DNA from: the human T2T-CHM13v2.0 reference genome, Homo sapiens | NCBI RefSeq assembly: GCF_009914755.1 | Contig: NC_060931.1 | Length of the DNA stretch: 64,000 bases | Direction: 5' to 3' (one strand) | Shown: positions 41,823 through 59,001 of the stretch, one piece after another | Layout: each line of letters opens with the position of its first letter | Position numbering within the stretch: position 1 is the stretch's first letter | Made by a program: the position numbers and the translations under genes | Notes under the pieces: model-generated | Databases searched by the model: none | Seen by the model: only the letters and a program-made list of their open reading frames with translations | What the model was told of the DNA's origin: nothing

Positions 41823-42712
41823 GAATTCCACATTTTAAAGTAAGATAATAGCCACCTAGAGTTAAATGTTTTTGAGAAGCATTAACTTTTAATCTTAAAA
41901 AATTTAATGTTACTGCTGTAAAGACTGCATATTGCTATTCCTTAAATTACCTACGGTTTCTTTAATGAACAGACATTATCTCCACAATAAGTTTTATTTT
42001 AAATTTGAAATTTCGACAAAATGAATGGTTATATAAAAGTAATACGAACATGTTACCTCAATTCTGAATGTTAAAGGTTTAATAATTGTATTTCTTATAT
42101 GATATAATACTGCATATACATTTAATATTATTAACAGGATACTGTGTTTTAATCCTTTGGACTACTTATATAACAGACTAAATTGTAGATGATTTTACAC
42201 TCAGTCAATGTTATCTAAAGTGTGTAATCAAGAGATTTAAGTAGGCATTAGGGCCATTTCTTTGCTCAAATATTTTACCAAATATTCAAACTGATACAAA
42301 TGTTGTAGGACATACCTCATTAGCTATGAAAATCTACATTCATAGCTTCTTTGAAAAAAATAGCTATAATAAACAATAAAGAAATCAAATTATATTGCTT
42401 CTAAAATGCAGAGGTTTCATAAAGCTGGTTCCATTTTATATTTCAATAGGTTGATATACATGCTGTTAATCTTTGGGCTCATATTAACGAGATACTGTAT
42501 GTTAATTTCATCCACCATTCTCATTTCCTAAACCCTGCTAAATGTTGAAAGAGAAAGACATCCTTCAGTGAGTAGTAAAGGATATGTTTTTGAAAGGGCT
42601 ATTTTGTCAAATGAAGAAAGAGTTATCTTAGCAACTTTTATTCAAGCATGTCCAAAAAAATACTTTTAAGTATTATCAAGAGTATGTTTAAGAGATATAT
42701 ATGTATATATAT

Positions 42713-43132
<420 letters not shown>

Positions 43133-43713
43133 TTATGTTTCAAGTTCAGACACTGCAAATGCAAGGTGATGCTATAATAATATAATAACACTTAAATTTT
43201 CTTGAAACAAATAGACGTATTTTGTGATGTTAATCAAAATTACATATATCACATATTAAAATGTAATATTTTCAAAACTAGAAATAAATTCTTCTGGACT
43301 TTTTATAATTAGGCCCCTGTGTACTACCTAAGACTCTAAAGGAAAATAAATTCCTTTCTCTGATCATTTTCTGTTCATCCAGAGACATAAATTGCCTTAT
43401 TAAAGTTTAAAAATGAGACAGAATGTTGCTGGATAGAAATAGAAGAACATGTTTGGAAAACAGAGTATTTTGGTCTAAAGGGACAAGACTCAGTCTAGAT
43501 TCTGTTTATGACTTTCTCTGTGACTTTTTTTCTGATTGTTTTAACTATTTGAAGAGAAGAGAAAAAACAAAACGCAACAATCCCCTCCATCTGCTCCCAA
43601 ATCTTTTTATTCATTAGAAAAAGTTGATGCACTTATTTGAAGAAAGCTATTTCAAACTTGGAATCAGATAGGATAACTAGCAAACATTTCATTTATTTTG
43701 AATATTTTTCCTA

Positions 43714-43932
<219 letters not shown>

Positions 43933-44529
43933 TTAAAAAAGAGTTTATTTATATATAACTTCTCAGAGATAAATTAAGGGTTTAAAAAAATCATCCCTTT
44001 ATTGCTAATTTCTTTAAAGGCCTTCTAGACAAGATGGCAGTTTAAAATGGAGCAAGAGCAAGTTCTAAATATTTGACTGAAACAAGTGTCTTTTATTAAG
44101 TGTAAAACAAAGGAAAGATGAAGACAGTAATACACCAACCAATGTAATGTTCAAAGCTACAAGTTTTGTTCTTTGCAAGTTTGCTTTTTTACCTTTACTG
44201 TATATAATACTCATATACCAAAATGTCTTTATTACCATGTGTTCCAGATTGGCCAGAGGCAGGAACCATTGCTTCTGACTTCTCAGTACCCTATTGTATT
44301 GCCTGTGATGGAGTGTGCCCTTTCCTATGATATGGGAAGGGGCAAAATTTTGGTGCTTACATTTGAAAAAACTTTGGGCTCAACACCAAGAACTGTCTTA
44401 CCCTTGCACTACCTCCAGGAAGATTACTTTTAAAAAGACTACTAAATTACTACCCTTCAAAACGTCTTTGAAAAGAGGCACTAAGTACACTCTGGTGCAG
44501 TCTGCCAAACCAAAAGCTGAAGTGTTGTG

Positions 44530-44660
44530 GAAAAAGCATAGGGTTGAGCATGAAGATACCTGGATTCTAGGTCTCGCTGCCCATTAACACCCTGTGTGAT
44601 CTTGAGCTATTCATATAATTTTTCTAAGAATTAACTTCCTTATTAAAATGAGCATGTTTA
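44530..44660 (+). mobile_element. MIR fragment
   Basis: acctggattctag...ctgtgtgatcttgagc...ttccttattaaaatgag. Confidence 0.55.
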
Positions 44661-45576
44661 ATAGGTCTTTAAAGTATGCATTCAGATAAACATTCTACAA
44701 TGCATTTATTCTCAATGAAATTGGTGTTATTGAAAGACCCAGAATATGGAAGATTAAAAAAATTGTTTTTCTAATAATTCAGGATTTCAGTACAACTTTT
44801 AAAATGCCTTTAACAAAGTTGAGCCAATGTAGCATATTAGCTGCAAATTTATTTAAACACAAAATGAAATAAAATTATTTTGCAATTTCTCCACATTTAC
44901 TGTTATTGGCACCATAGCTCTCTTTTCTTGCACTAGAGGATTCAATAATTATAGTAAGCCTTAAGTAAAACTTACATAAATACTGAAACATGTAATGTTT
45001 TCATACATTGAAAAGACATCAAAAGTGTATTTTAGTTTCTCTAGTATATAAATAAAAAATGAGTTTTAGAAAAGTCAGTCTCTGAACAATGATATGCTTT
45101 TTTAATACTACACATTTTCTAATAGTTAACAATGAATATAAATGAAATTGCATTTCCAAAGGCTTTCATGTATAAACTGCATGTATAAATAACCAGATAA
45201 ATTGAATGCAGACTGAAGTACCTATGAGAATCTAAGAAAATATTAAGGTTATAAGGAGTGTTTACATAGAAAATAGTTCTCTGCTGAAATCTCACCAACT
45301 AACTTATACCTTATTACAAGCAAAGTAAATAAGGGGAAATGTAATACAATAAAATCTAAACCATTGTGGAAACATTTATCTTCATTAATATTATTATTCC
45401 ATTTCACTAAATGGAAAAAATGAAATTATAGCATATATTACTAAGTGCTCAATTTTTTGCTATATTCAACTTTTATTATAGTATTGAATTTTGCTATAAA
45501 CCAGGACAAATTAAGAAATGATGGTTAAATTCTTTGGGAAAAATAGATTAAGTATTGTTAAGCTTTCCTTCCCCAT

Positions 45577-45663
45577 TTCTCTCTCTTTCTTTCTTTCTCT
45601 TTCTTTCCTTTTCTTTTTCTTTCTTTCTTTCTTTTCTTTCTCTTCTTTCTTTCTTTTTCTTTC
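45577..45663. repeat. (CTTT)n-type pyrimidine/purine tract
   Basis: About 85 nt of only C and T on the + strand. Confidence 0.9.
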
Positions 45664-47831
45664 ACAGACTCCTTTTTTAAAATGAACTTAGACACTATTG
45701 AATGTAAGCAATTTCAGTATATGGATGTGTCAATCCATACATTGTGTTTGCAACTATTTTGAAAAGCTACTCAAGTTAGTCCTACAATCAAGATCTCTGT
45801 TTCGCCAATAACGTCTAAGAAGCATGAGCAAAATGTATATTTATAGATTTTTTTAAGAATATGACATTTAAGTAGGAAAAGTGTTATTACCTAAATAACA
45901 GTATCTAATTATGTCATATTCCTTTAGGGGAGAAACAGAGAAATAGTATGTGGAAAGAATAGCAAACCAAAATATAGCAGCTGAAATTATTATGATGAAA
46001 ACCTGAACTGTGATAAAATGCCAAAAGTAACTATAAATCAGTCATGTTCATTTTACCATAATTTTGCAGTATTATTAATGAAGTGCAAAAATAATTATGC
46101 TATCCAAATGAAATATAGGGTAAGCCTTTAGGCACCATTGAGCAGAATCCAGTCACTAGTAAGTTACCTGATGTGCTTTTTCTGCCCAATTTAACATCAC
46201 CACAGGCTTTCTCACTATCCTCCTTAACAAAGTGTGGGGTATAGCAGGAGATGGGTTCATTTATCCAGAAAATTACTTGCAACACTACTTGTCCCTCTTG
46301 AAACTACTATCTCACTTTAAAAATGCCCATAAGCATGAATGAAATTGAGTCATATCTGAACGAAATCAAATCATTTCTTCCAGTAATGGAAAATAAAGGA
46401 AAAAGACACTTTCTTCTCTCATGGTATTTTAAACTGATAGATTGTTTTTCTTTGTCAGTAAAATGTTGGCTTAATATGTACTTTTTTAAACAGATTTAAA
46501 AATGTAAAACAGAAAGAAATGGTTTACAAAAATAGACGTGGAGTTAGTGCAATTAAGACTGGCAATGAGGCCTAGCAGAGAATAAATAAATAATTTTAAA
46601 AATCATTACAGGAAAGAATATCCCAGTCTAGCTTCCATCCTGGAAATCCCCAGATTTCTTTGCCAACCTCTAACAATTTTCAGATTACGAGAACAGATGA
46701 ACACATACTTATGCAGTGTAAGATAACAGTATCAGGTCAATCGTATCTGCACTCTGGGTTGCTCTAAATATCTTGGAGATTATCGATCTATTTTGATATG
46801 TCTGTGTAGGAAAAGGATATACACTGAATTTTACTGGCAGAGTAATTTAGTGTCTTGTTCAAGGGATAAAGCATGGTCAGAGATAAAACATGTAAACAGT
46901 TCAGAAATAAGATTTGCCAAATGATTCTCATTTTACAATTTTGTATATAAGTTTTTACTCCAGTAAGTGAGGCATACCCTACTTCATTCTGGATTTTTCT
47001 GCTTTTTTTTTTTTTTTTTTTTTTTTTGAAGTTACCATTGATATACTGGACAGAAGAAAGTCTAGGTAACATTTATGGAGAAAATATTAGACATTAAAAC
47101 TATATTTGTTTACACATATTACACAGTATTTAGAAGGAATTGACTTTTCTGAAGTGTCTTGCCAAAGCATCCATTTGATATGAATGGAAAGACTATTAAC
47201 ATGCTGCCCTTAACCTTTGAATTCATGAAGTTTTAGTACTTATTTGGCAGTGATCATTTTTTTGCTTTCATTTGATATTTAGCCAAAGTTAAATACACAT
47301 TTTGTTTTCTCTAGCATACAATACTACTGGAAAAGTAAAATTAACTTTTAAGTCAAGGTCCTCCAAACACATATAGCCAGTGAATAATTTTACTAGCCTC
47401 TAAAAATGCATTTTTGTTTATATTTGCAAAGTAAGAATAAATTATAAATTTTTTTTATATCCTGAAATATCACAATGCTATTTCAGGGTATACACATAAA
47501 TACATAATCAGAAAAGATGAAAATTATTATTGAGTATTGAGTAAATTATATTAAAATGACCAAAATACACTGTATGTAAAAATTTATAACAAATAATGAT
47601 CCATAAAATAATGTTTATAGAACACAGATGAGATTGATCAAAAACATGAGGGCAATGAAAACTATCTTCAGTTTCTAATCTACTAGCTTATTGTAAGAAT
47701 GATATTTGTTTTCTCCTGTATTTTTGTATAATTGTTAACAAATCTGTGAAATTTGATAAATAGATATATCTATTGAAACACCAGAATTAACAAAATATTG
47801 GATATTCAATGGTAATACATAATGATAGTAC

Positions 47832-47873
47832 CTGCTTAGTGGAAAGCTCCATTGCTGAAATAGCAGTCGGTTC
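47832..47873 (-). CDS. SEMA3A: SEMA3A internal coding exon (exon 13 by recalled numbering), 42 nt, EPTAISAMELSTKQ, late Sema domain
   Basis: Minus strand: pyrimidine tract ttctttttctcctttag|GAA...AAG CAG|gtacta. Phase 0-0. Peptide matches recalled SEMA3A and joins the next exon in frame. Confidence 0.96.
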
Positions 47874-48094
47874 CTAAAGGAGAAAAAGAAATATGTGAGG
47901 TGTTTGGTCAATTAGAACAGCCAGCTATTAGTTAATTAACTCAAGGCACTGCCATTAGTTTTCAGAGAGAAACTTCAGTGTCCACAAGAAGCAATGTGAC
48001 TGGGAAATAAGACACATAAAGAAACTGCATAGATAAGGGTCAAATATGTGGAGCAGGCAATAAGATTGTGTCAGTGTCATACAGTCTACATACC

Positions 48095-48635
48095 TGTAGT
48101 TGACCAAGTTGGGGTTATTGCTTACTACAATATAAGGGAAAACATGAGCCTGCACAGTGAGCACAGTGAGAGGGTGTTGGAAAAAACATGTTTTGGACTT
48201 GTGTTAGGTGATTGGGGGAGGGTTCAAAGAAGTAGAGCTTTGTTCTACATTGGATGTGGTCAAAAAGCAGGGGTAATTCTATGCTTAAGTATCTTCGTAA
48301 ATCATTTGGGAGGGAAGAACAAAGTAAGGCTAAAGCTATGACTGGCGAAGAAGTAGCAATAACTTGCGATAAGCAGGATGGGGATATATGGTCATTTTTG
48401 TGGTTTGGACAATGTTCATGTTTTTATCTGTGTTTGGACATGATTACAAAATGGTTTTGCTTTTATCTTGATTCAGCATGGTCTCAGAGTGGTCCTTTCT
48501 GATGTTGGTATTCTGCGAAAATTGTTCTGTTCAACTGGAGAACGCTGCCTTAGCTGAGAGTGCCAGCCTCATTCCTAACAACACCAGTGGCAGCTGATGA
48601 GAGTAGGCCACTTTCCAGCTGACAAGGACTACAAG
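48095..48635. mobile_element. Old LTR-type interspersed repeat, subfamily unassigned
   Basis: gtgttaggtgattgggggaggg...ggtcatttttgtggtttggacaatgttcatg...tagctgagagtgccag resembles an ERV LTR I recognise but cannot name reliably. Confidence 0.5.
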
Positions 48636-49109
48636 AGCTCAGGTGGGATGAGATTACTTCATTATTATGAAAAACATGGTTTCATGTGCGAGGACCTACA
48701 CTCAGGTCTTTGCCAGAGAATATAATCTCTTTAATGTCTATTAACAGGTTAACATAGAGGAGTAATAACTAGGGAAGTAACACTCATCAATGCACTTCAT
48801 TAAGTGTTCTTTCTGGAGCTTATCATGAATGCATATAGGCTTGCATAAATAAATTGGGTTCTTTGATGTAGACAGACTACCAAAAGCCTATATAACTGAA
48901 CACATGAGTTTACATCCTTTAGGTTCATGGTCAATGAACTGTGCTGCAGTTCATTCAAGACAAACATTATGTGTCTTTCATTCAAGACAAACATTACGAG
49001 AAGACAGAGACTGCTTGTGGGTTTCTGAGGGGTCTGATAAGAAAGAGGCTTAGGTGGAACGATGGATCTTAAAAGACCTCACTGTGTAGGTGACCGAAGC
49101 TACTAAATT

Positions 49110-49330
49110 AAGTGTGAAGAGCTGGACTCTGGAGCCCAAGTGCCTGGATTCAAATTGTGATTCAAATCTGGCCAGAAATGCAGTACTAGGCAAAGTGTGT
49201 AAACTTTTTGTAATTCAGTTTTCTCATTTGAAAGTTAGATGGTACCTCTTATGGGGTGGTGATAAGACTGAATGAATTAATACATGTAAAACACATTACA
49301 AATGTGCTTGGTATATAGTGTTTATTCAAA
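49110..49330 (+). mobile_element. MIR
   Basis: gactctggagccc...cctggattcaaat...cagttttctcatttgaaa...aatacatgtaaaacac. Confidence 0.7.
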
Positions 49331-49552
49331 TCTCTCTTTCCTCTCTTCTCTCATCTCTCTCTCTTTCACACACACACACACACACCCACACGCACACACA
49401 CATGCATTTCCATCTCATTTCCTTGCTTTAATTTTTCTCTTTAGTTCTTATTACTGGTTATATACCTGTATATTTATACACATCTTATCTAATATATTAT
49501 TAATAATATATCTTAATAATAAATTTTATATAGATACATATAATTAATTTTT

Positions 49553-49935
49553 TGTCCTGTGAGTTTCTTCACACATCCTAAAGCAGAATCTGAGATAAAA
49601 TCTTGTTTGCAGGTTTGGGGCAAGAGTAAAAAATTGAGGATTGAGAAGAAGGTGGAAAAAAATCAATTAAAAAGTGTATTATGGAAGTCAATACTGAGAA
49701 AAAAATCTGAGGATAGTTGACAATGACTCTCCAAATTGTCCACTGAGGTTTGTACCAAGAAAAGTACTTATTCATTCCATTCCTCATTGGATGCTCTCAG
49801 GGGGTTCAATCTCCCACAGCCCCAGCTGTGACTCTTGCTTGTCTTTTGGCCTGCTGGGGCATAAAGAAAAAGATTCCTCATAGGAATCAGAAGTGAGGTG
49901 AAAGGATGTGAGGAGGCAGCTGAGGCATCTCACGT
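49553..49935. mobile_element. Degenerate ERVL-type LTR (LTR33/LTR16-like)
   Basis: aagcagaatctgagataaaatcttgtttgcagg; weak resemblance only. Confidence 0.35.
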
Positions 49936-49959
49936 GTCTTTCCAATTGCCTCTCCCCCT

Positions 49960-50078
49960 CAATTTGGGACAGAGATTTTGGCTTTTTATTTCACAGCCAT
50001 ATCCCTAGCACCTGGAATTACGCCTGGTATTTACAAGTTCTTAATACATATTTGCATGAATGAATAAATGAACGAATT
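49960..50078 (+). mobile_element. L2 3' end
   Basis: atccctagcacctggaa...cctgg...ttaatacatatttgcatgaatgaataaatgaa. Confidence 0.7.
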
Positions 50079-50478
50079 CTTTACCAATGTTCCTCTTTCT
50101 CTCCTCTCTTCAACTTACCCCACTATACTGTCTTTCTTCCATTTAATTTATATTTAAGATAAAGATAGCCCTCTTATTAAGTCTTTCTTTGTTTCTTATA
50201 GCTTAGCTGGCATTTCTTCAAAAATAATTTAGAATAGTCTACACTCACTGCTTTTGCTTGCTCATCTCTCATCCAATGCCTTCCCTGCTCAATCCACTGA
50301 GTCTAGCTTTTATTCTAGAGAGGTGGCCTACTATTTTCAGAAGCAGAAATCACCAGTGAACTGTGTATTGCTGATAGGACACTTTTCTGTATCCATAACT
50401 ATTATTAGACTTTGTTTTATATTTTTTCTTGGCTGCTTCCTCTAATAAACCCCATTATGCCTTGGAATTCTTTATTAA

Positions 50479-50913
<435 letters not shown>

Positions 50914-51260
50914 TAGAACTGCAGATCTCTACTTCAAACCCTGATGGCTGAGCTGAGAACAGGATTTTCTTAACAAATTTAAGACAATCTGTCTGAGACA
51001 AATGAAACAAATGATTTAGGAGGTACATTAATGTAATGGTATAATTTAGAGATTTTCCATAGTTTCCAATTTTTATACCTTAAATGAATTATATTAGTTA
51101 TTAAATATAATAATTTTACACAAAAATTATCAATCATAAAGACAATTATGATGAAAGGAATGTCTATCAACTTTTTCTATGCAGAGATATAATCTTTAGA
51201 ATTTAGTGGCCACAAATCTCAAAAACTTAGAGCACAACACATCATGGATATTCAGCTTTT

Positions 51261-51348
51261 TTTTTTTTTTTTCTGACAGAGTCTCGCTGTTGCCCAGGCT
51301 GGAGTGCAGTGGTGCGATCTCGGCTCACTGCAGGATCCGCACCCCCCC
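51261..51348 (-). mobile_element. Heavily 5'-truncated Alu (AluYe-like)
   Basis: About 75 nt of right-arm 3' end plus A tail. Perfect 14-bp TSD gatattcagctttt at 51247-51260 and 51349-51362. Confidence 0.88.
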
Positions 51349-51929
51349 GATATTCAGCTTTTAAAAAAAAAGTTGAAGACTGTATTTAGGTTTGTACAAT
51401 ATTGGAATCAATAACCAAAACAGAAATTTTAGAAGAGTAAGGAAAATTTTCCACAGATACTTCTTTCATTCCAACAATTTCACATGAAAAATAGTTATGT
51501 GGTTATTAAGGAGCTTATTTCATGAAGGTTTTCATGACATAAAGTTTACAATCGAAATTCAAAGAAAGTGTTTCTTAGGCAGAGAAAGATTAACAGCTAA
51601 TGTAATTGAAGTGAAATTAGCTAGCTCTAAATACTTTCAAAAATGAAGCTGATTAATATTTATACATTTCATGTTCCTTAATAATACAAAAAAAATCTAT
51701 AAGGTAGATAAAAATTATTATTTTTTGTTCTTTTAAGTTTTAGGGTACATGTGCACCTTGTGCAGGTTAGTTACATATGTATACATGTGCCATGCTGGTG
51801 CACTGCACCCACTAACTCGTCATCTAGCATTAGGTATATCTCCCAATGCTATCCCTCCCCCCTCCCCCCACCCCACCACAGTCTCCAGAGTGTGATATTC
51901 CCCTTCCTGTGTCCATGTGATCTCATTGT

Positions 51930-55755
<3,826 letters not shown>

Positions 55756-55818
55756 TATGATGTTACCTGGTTATTTTGCTCGTTAGTTGATGCAGTTTCT
55801 TCCTAGTCTTGATGGTGT

Positions 55819-56835
55819 TTACATTTTGGCATGATTTTGCAGTGGCTGGTACCGGTTTTTCCTTTCCATGTTTAGTGCTTCCTTCAGGAGCTCTTTTAGG
55901 GCAGGCCTGGTGGTGACAAAATCTCTCAGCATTTGCTTGTCTGTAAAGTATTTTATTTCTCCTTCGCTTATGAAGCTTACTTTGGCTGGATATGAAATTC
56001 TGGGTTGAAAATTCTTTTCTTTAAGAATGTTGAATATTGGCCCCCACTCTCTTCTGGCTTGTAGGGTTTCTGCTGAGAGATCCGCTGTTAGTCTGATGGG
56101 CTTCCCTTTGAGGGTAACCCGACCTTTCTCTCTGGCTGCCCTTAATATTTTTTCCTTCATTTCAACTTTGGTGAATCTGACAATTATGTGTCTTGGAGTT
56201 GCTCTTCTCGAGGAGTATCTTTGTGGCATTCTCTATATTTCCTGAATCTGAACGTTGGCTTGCCTTGCTAGATTGGGGAAGTTCTCCTGGATAATATCCT
56301 GCAGAGTGTTTTCCAACTTGGTTCCATTCTCCCCGTCACTTTCAGGTACACCAATCAGACGTAGATTTGGTCTTTTCACATAGTCCCACATTTCTTGGAG
56401 GCTTTGCTCATTTCTTTTTATTCTTTTTTCTCTAAACTTCCCTTCTCGCCTCATTTCATTCATTTCATCTTCCATCGCTGATACCCTTTCTTCCAGTTGA
56501 TTGCATCGGCTCCTGAGGCTTCTGCATTCTTCATGTAGTTCTCGAGCCTTGGTTTTCAGCTCCATCAGCTCCTTTAAGCACTTCTCTGTATTGGTTTTTC
56601 TAGTTATACATTCTTCTAAATTTTTTTCAAAGTTTTCAACTTCTTTGCCTTTGGTTTGAATGTCCTCCCGTAGCTCAGAGTAATTTGATCGTCTGAAGCC
56701 TTCTTCTCTCAGCTCGTCAAAGTCATTCTCCATCCAGCTTTGTTCCGTTGCTGGTGAGGAACTGCGTTCCTTTGGAGGAGGAGAGGCGCTCTGCTTTTTA
56801 GAGTTTCCAGTTTTTCTGCTCTGTTTTTTCCCCAT
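55819..56835 (-). pseudogene. L1 ORF1 (338 codons) with one premature stop at codon 201
   Basis: ORF-track pieces 56233..56835 and 55819..56229 are in the same frame, separated by TAG at 56233-56235. Confidence 0.93.
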
Positions 56836-58703
56836 CTTTGTGGTTTTATCTACTTTTGGTCTTTGATGATAGTGATGTACAGATGGGTTTTTGGTGTGGA
56901 TGTCCTTTCTGTTTGTTAGTTTTCCTTCTAACAGACAGGACCCTCAGCTGCAGGTCTGTTGGAATACCCTGCCATGTGAGGTGTTAGTGTGCCCCTGCTG
57001 GGGGGTGCCTCCCAGTTAGGCTGCTCGGCGATCAGGGGTCAGGGACCCACTTGAGGAGGCAGTCTGCCCGTTCTCAGATCTCCAGCTGCGTGCTGGGAGA
57101 ACCACTGCTCTCTTAAAAGCTGTCAGACAGGGCCATTTAAGTCTGCAGAGGTTACTGCTGTCTTTTTGTTTGTCTGTGCCCTGCCCCCAGAGGTGGAGCC
57201 TACAGAGGCAGGCAGGCCTCCTTGAGCTGTGGTGGGCTCCACCCAGTTGGAACTTCCTGGCTGCTTTGTTTACCTAATCAAGCCTGGGCAATGGCGGGCA
57301 CCCCTCCCCCAGCCTAGCTGCCGCCTTGCAGTTTGATCTCAGACTGCTGTGCTAGCAATCAGCGAGACTCCATGGGCACAGGACCCTCCGAGCCATGTGT
57401 GGGATATAATCTCTTGGTGCGCCGTTTTTTAAGCCCGTCGGAAAAGTGCAGTATTCAGGTGGGAGTGACCCGATTTTCCAGGTGCCATCCGTCACCCCTT
57501 TCTTTGACTCGGAAAAGGAACTCCCTGACCCCTTGCGCTTCCCAAGTGAGGCAATGCCTCACCCTGCTTCGGCTCGCGCACGGTGCGCTCACCCACTGAC
57601 CTGCACCCACTGTCTGGCACTCCCTAGTGAGATGAACCCGGTACCTCAGATGGAAATGCAGAAATCACTGTCTTCTGCGTCGCTCACTCTGGGAGCTGTA
57701 GACCGAAGCTGTTCCTATTCGGCCATCTTGGCTCCTCCCCCCGATAAAAATTATTTCATATATGAATGGTGAAACATAAAAGAAACCCTAGTACATAACA
57801 GGCTCCACTGTGTCATATTAAGATTTTAATATTCTTAAGATCCTAGAATCCATTAATTAAAGGAAACTTATTTATTATTTAGACCAGGAAATTAATAACA
57901 GTTTGGAATAAGATGCACTATATGCTGCCTGTGGTTGAATATTAATAGACAATATATTATGATGACATTCATTTAAATAAGCTACGGGGATTTTTTTCTG
58001 AGAAATAGCAGGTAGTGAATATGACTTCCATTTAAAACAGATATGGCTTTATAAGCATGTTTTCATGAAACTGGTTTCAGTTGCATTTAATTGGTGTTCG
58101 AGTAAAAATAAAATTAAAACTTAGCATCTTTTCAAGGCTTTCTATGTTCCAATTTACAATTTTTTTCAGATACTTTAGTCCTTATTAAACTTTCTCACTT
58201 GCAAAGCTTTTCAACCTGCTGATCTCAGGAGATTCTGACATAGCCTATTGGAGGCTAAACACAAGGACACTTTTTTAGAATGAGTTTATAGACTAGGTTA
58301 GGAAAGTATCAATTATGTTTTCATTTGAACAAAAATTAAACTCTTTCATTTGTCTGCTCAGCTGTTCATGGAATACTGCATAAATTGGGTTTAAAATACA
58401 TGTGTTATCAACGTAACTGCCTTGCAATTCCTTACATTCAATAGAACTATAAATAAAGCCCACTGTCCTAAGAGCACTGCAACTTGTTGTAGCATTTCAG
58501 TCTCAAAACTAAACCATCTTTGATTGTACTGGAAAGAAAATCCCAAACTGACTAGTTAAAATAAAAATCAGCATAAGTTAGGCTTTTATATCTTCTGAGT
58601 ATTTTTATAAAACAAGGTACATGTATGGAATTTTCAAGCATTTTTAAAAGAGATTTTCATTTGTATAACTAGTTAACAACAGCTACCATTTACTAGTAAT
58701 CTT

Positions 58704-59001
58704 TTTTTTTTTTTTTTTTTTGAGATGTAGTCTCCCTCTGTCGCTCAGGCTGGAGTGCAGTGGTGTGATCTCAGCCCACTGAAACCTCCACTTCCCAGGT
58801 TCAAGCGATTCTCCTGCCTCAGCCTCCTGAGTAGCTGGGATTACAGGCATGTGCCACCACGCCAGGCTAATTTTTGTATTGTTAGTAGAGACGGGGTTTC
58901 ATTATGTTGGTCAGGCTGGTCTCAAACTCCTGACTTCGTGATCCATCTACCTGGGCCTCCCAAAGTGCTGGGATTAAAGGTGTGAGCCACCACGCCCAGC
59001 C
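58704..59001 (-). mobile_element. AluS (Sg-like)
   Basis: 15-bp TSD tttactagtaatctt at 58689-58703 and 59002-59016. Confidence 0.93.
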
